In this document: piece after piece, positions 9,543 through 11,645 of the stretch
Layout: each line of letters begins with the position of its first letter
Numbering within the stretch: position 1 is the stretch's first letter
Source of the DNA: Octopus sinensis
Taxonomy: Eukaryota
Assembly: GCF_006345805.1 (NCBI RefSeq)
Contig: NW_021826722.1
Span: forward strand, 1 to 11,645
Length of the DNA stretch: 11,645 nucleotides
Direction: 5' to 3'
The notes under the pieces: model-generated
What the model was told of the DNA's origin: nothing
Database searches by the model: none
The model's input: the letters and a program-made list of their open reading frames with translations, nothing else
Program-made: the position numbers and the translations under genes

Positions 9543-9809
9543 TATTTTCGAATGTTGTCCCTTAACAAAATACACACAAAATAAAATAATAATAAAAAAG
9601 TACAAAGATCTCACCACCGCTACTACGACGACAACACTAACAACAACAACAACAGCAACAGCAACAAGATGGTGCCAAGAATACCAACAGAACCATATCT
9701 GCTCCTTAAACATCTCCTCTCTATCTCCTCTCTTTCACATACTTCCTTTCTTTCTTCATTCCTTCCTTCCTCTCATAATTGTTTTCCGTCCGTTTCAATC
9801 GGTTCCTCA

Positions 9810-9960
9810 CACCACCACCACCACCACCACCACCACCACCGATATTGTCGCCGCCACCTTCACCGCTCTACTTGTTGGTTTCTTTGCCTTTTGTTGTTGT
9901 TATTCCGACCTTTTTATATTGTCCTCAATGTCATGGCCCCCTGTGGCCAATAAAATAAAT

Positions 9961-9992
<32 letters not shown>
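9810..9992. repeat. (CAC)n tract at 9810-9840 and (CAC)n(CAT)n tract at 9961-9992
   Basis: Direct reading. These are the source of the poly-His and poly-Thr runs in the ORF track. Confidence 0.9.
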
Positions 9993-10179
9993 TGAAACCC
10001 CTCTTCTTTCCGTTCTGCAGTTCTGTCTTCTCTTGAAGCATTTATGTACATTTTGCAAGGTTTTTGCATATTTTTTCTTCCTTTTTCCTCTATTTTCTAT
10101 TCTTATTTAACGGTGTCACTATTTCCTGTCAATTTTTTTCTATCTACTTACGTCTATATCGATCTGTACATTCGTTCGC

Positions 10180-10254
<75 letters not shown>
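10180..10254. repeat. (TCTA)n tetranucleotide microsatellite
   Basis: Direct reading, uninterrupted. Confidence 0.97.
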
Positions 10255-10803
10255 CTAATGGATAACATTTATTTTGAAATACACACACACATATATATAT
10301 GAGCATATTCTTGCTCGCACACATTTGTACACAGACAGACACACACACACACATGCATATGTGTACGTGTGTGTGTGTGAGAACATAAACACTGACACAT
10401 CTGTATACACGTAGACATGTGCTTACCAACGAAACAAGCTTCTGCACACACTAATGCACATACAAGATTATAAAAATACACACACACACACACACACACA
10501 TATTTGTATGCGTAATATGTTTATACGTATGTGGCGTGATGACTATTAAAAGCTCTTATATATGACTTAATGAGATTTTTTTATGTCCGAGAAGAAAATT
10601 TGTCCAGATTTTAGCATAATCGTCTCAATTTGACCATAGCTGACCTTGTGAATCTTGACAGAGAGAGTGGAATCATGGGAATAAGAAGTGCTAGATCCAG
10701 GGTTTGCAGGGGCAAGGGGGGGGGCGGTGGGGCATCGTAAACTGCGAGTAAAATGTCTCAACAGCTATATATAAATATATGTATGTGTATATATATATAT
10801 ATA

Positions 10804-10879
10804 TGCCTCTTCTCTTCCTTTCTCTCGGCATTAAAAATATATATATATTCATGTATGTGAGTGTGTGTGTGTGTGTGTG

Positions 10880-10922
<43 letters not shown>

Positions 10923-10976
10923 AAATACATGAATATATATATTTTTTAATGCCGAGAGAAAGGAAGAGAAGAGGCA
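10804..10976. repeat. 173-bp near-perfect spacerless inverted repeat (palindrome)
   Basis: 10804-10832 TGCCTCTTCTCTTCCTTTCTCTCGGCATT is the exact reverse complement of 10948-10976. The match continues inward through A5-6/(TA)n/TCATGTAT(G/T)TGA, and the centre is (GT)10-ATATATAT-(AC)16. Confidence 0.95.
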
Positions 10977-11645
10977 AACAAATACAGATAAGTATATATA
11001 TGGATATATAATATATTGAATAGGCATGCAGCACGCAAAAATGCAAACACAAATATATACACGTATGAGCATGTATGTGTGTGTGTAGATGTGTGTGAGT
11101 GGTTCGTTCTTATATGTGTGTGTGTGTGTGTGTCTTGCACGCTTCTAAGTTTCTTATTTTACAAAACAAATTCGGTGTCGGCGTTTGCGGAGGAACTAAA
11201 AATGTCACCCATTGACTGGCTGATAAAGAAATCACTCGACCTCTGTAGATATGGTGTTTATCCAGCTACAGCAATTCCCCAAAGCATCGTTATAAAACAT
11301 GACATAAACCGCAAAGAGAGAGGAAAACTAGATGTCCATATATATATGTATATACGTACAGACACACATACATATATATATATATATAATATGTATATGA
11401 TGGAATAAATGAGAAAAAATAAGAACGAAATAGAATAGGGAAATAAAGTTTTCCCCCGTTTTTTTCAGCAGGTAAATCGTGTTTTTAATACTCCTTTATT
11501 TAGTTTTTCTTTAAAATATATTGTAAGAGGGAGAGCAAGCAGAGCTGATTGCATACATTAACGGTCATTTTAGTACAAGCGATCAGCAGCACTTCATATC
11601 TTGATAAGGGACGCAGCGTTGCGACACACACACACACACACACAC

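Noticed and set aside
11016-11408. 130-aa ORF with a complex middle (SAFAEELKMSPIDWLIKKSLDLCRYG)
   Set aside because: Both ends are microsatellite translations, no family is recognisable and there are no convincing exon boundaries.

Overview
This is eukaryotic non-coding DNA, not a prokaryotic locus. It is AT-rich, saturated with microsatellites and carries several tRNA-derived SINE copies that I recognise from memory as octopus-type, so it is most likely an intron or intergenic stretch of an Octopus genome (inference, no database search run). No intact protein-coding gene is supported, and nearly all ORFs in the track are translations of simple repeats. The only protein homology I can read is a decayed 3' fragment of an R4/Dong-like non-LTR retrotransposon (minus strand, about 3580-4235; CCHC knuckle plus restriction-like endonuclease), flanked on both sides by (ATT/TAA)n. 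The most unusual structures are a 173-bp near-perfect palindrome (10804-10976), a head-to-head SINE fold-back (8355-8713), a candidate recursive splice site or 3-nt microexon (11449-11477) and a few compact transcription-factor motif clusters. I see no evidence for a novel multi-gene system.
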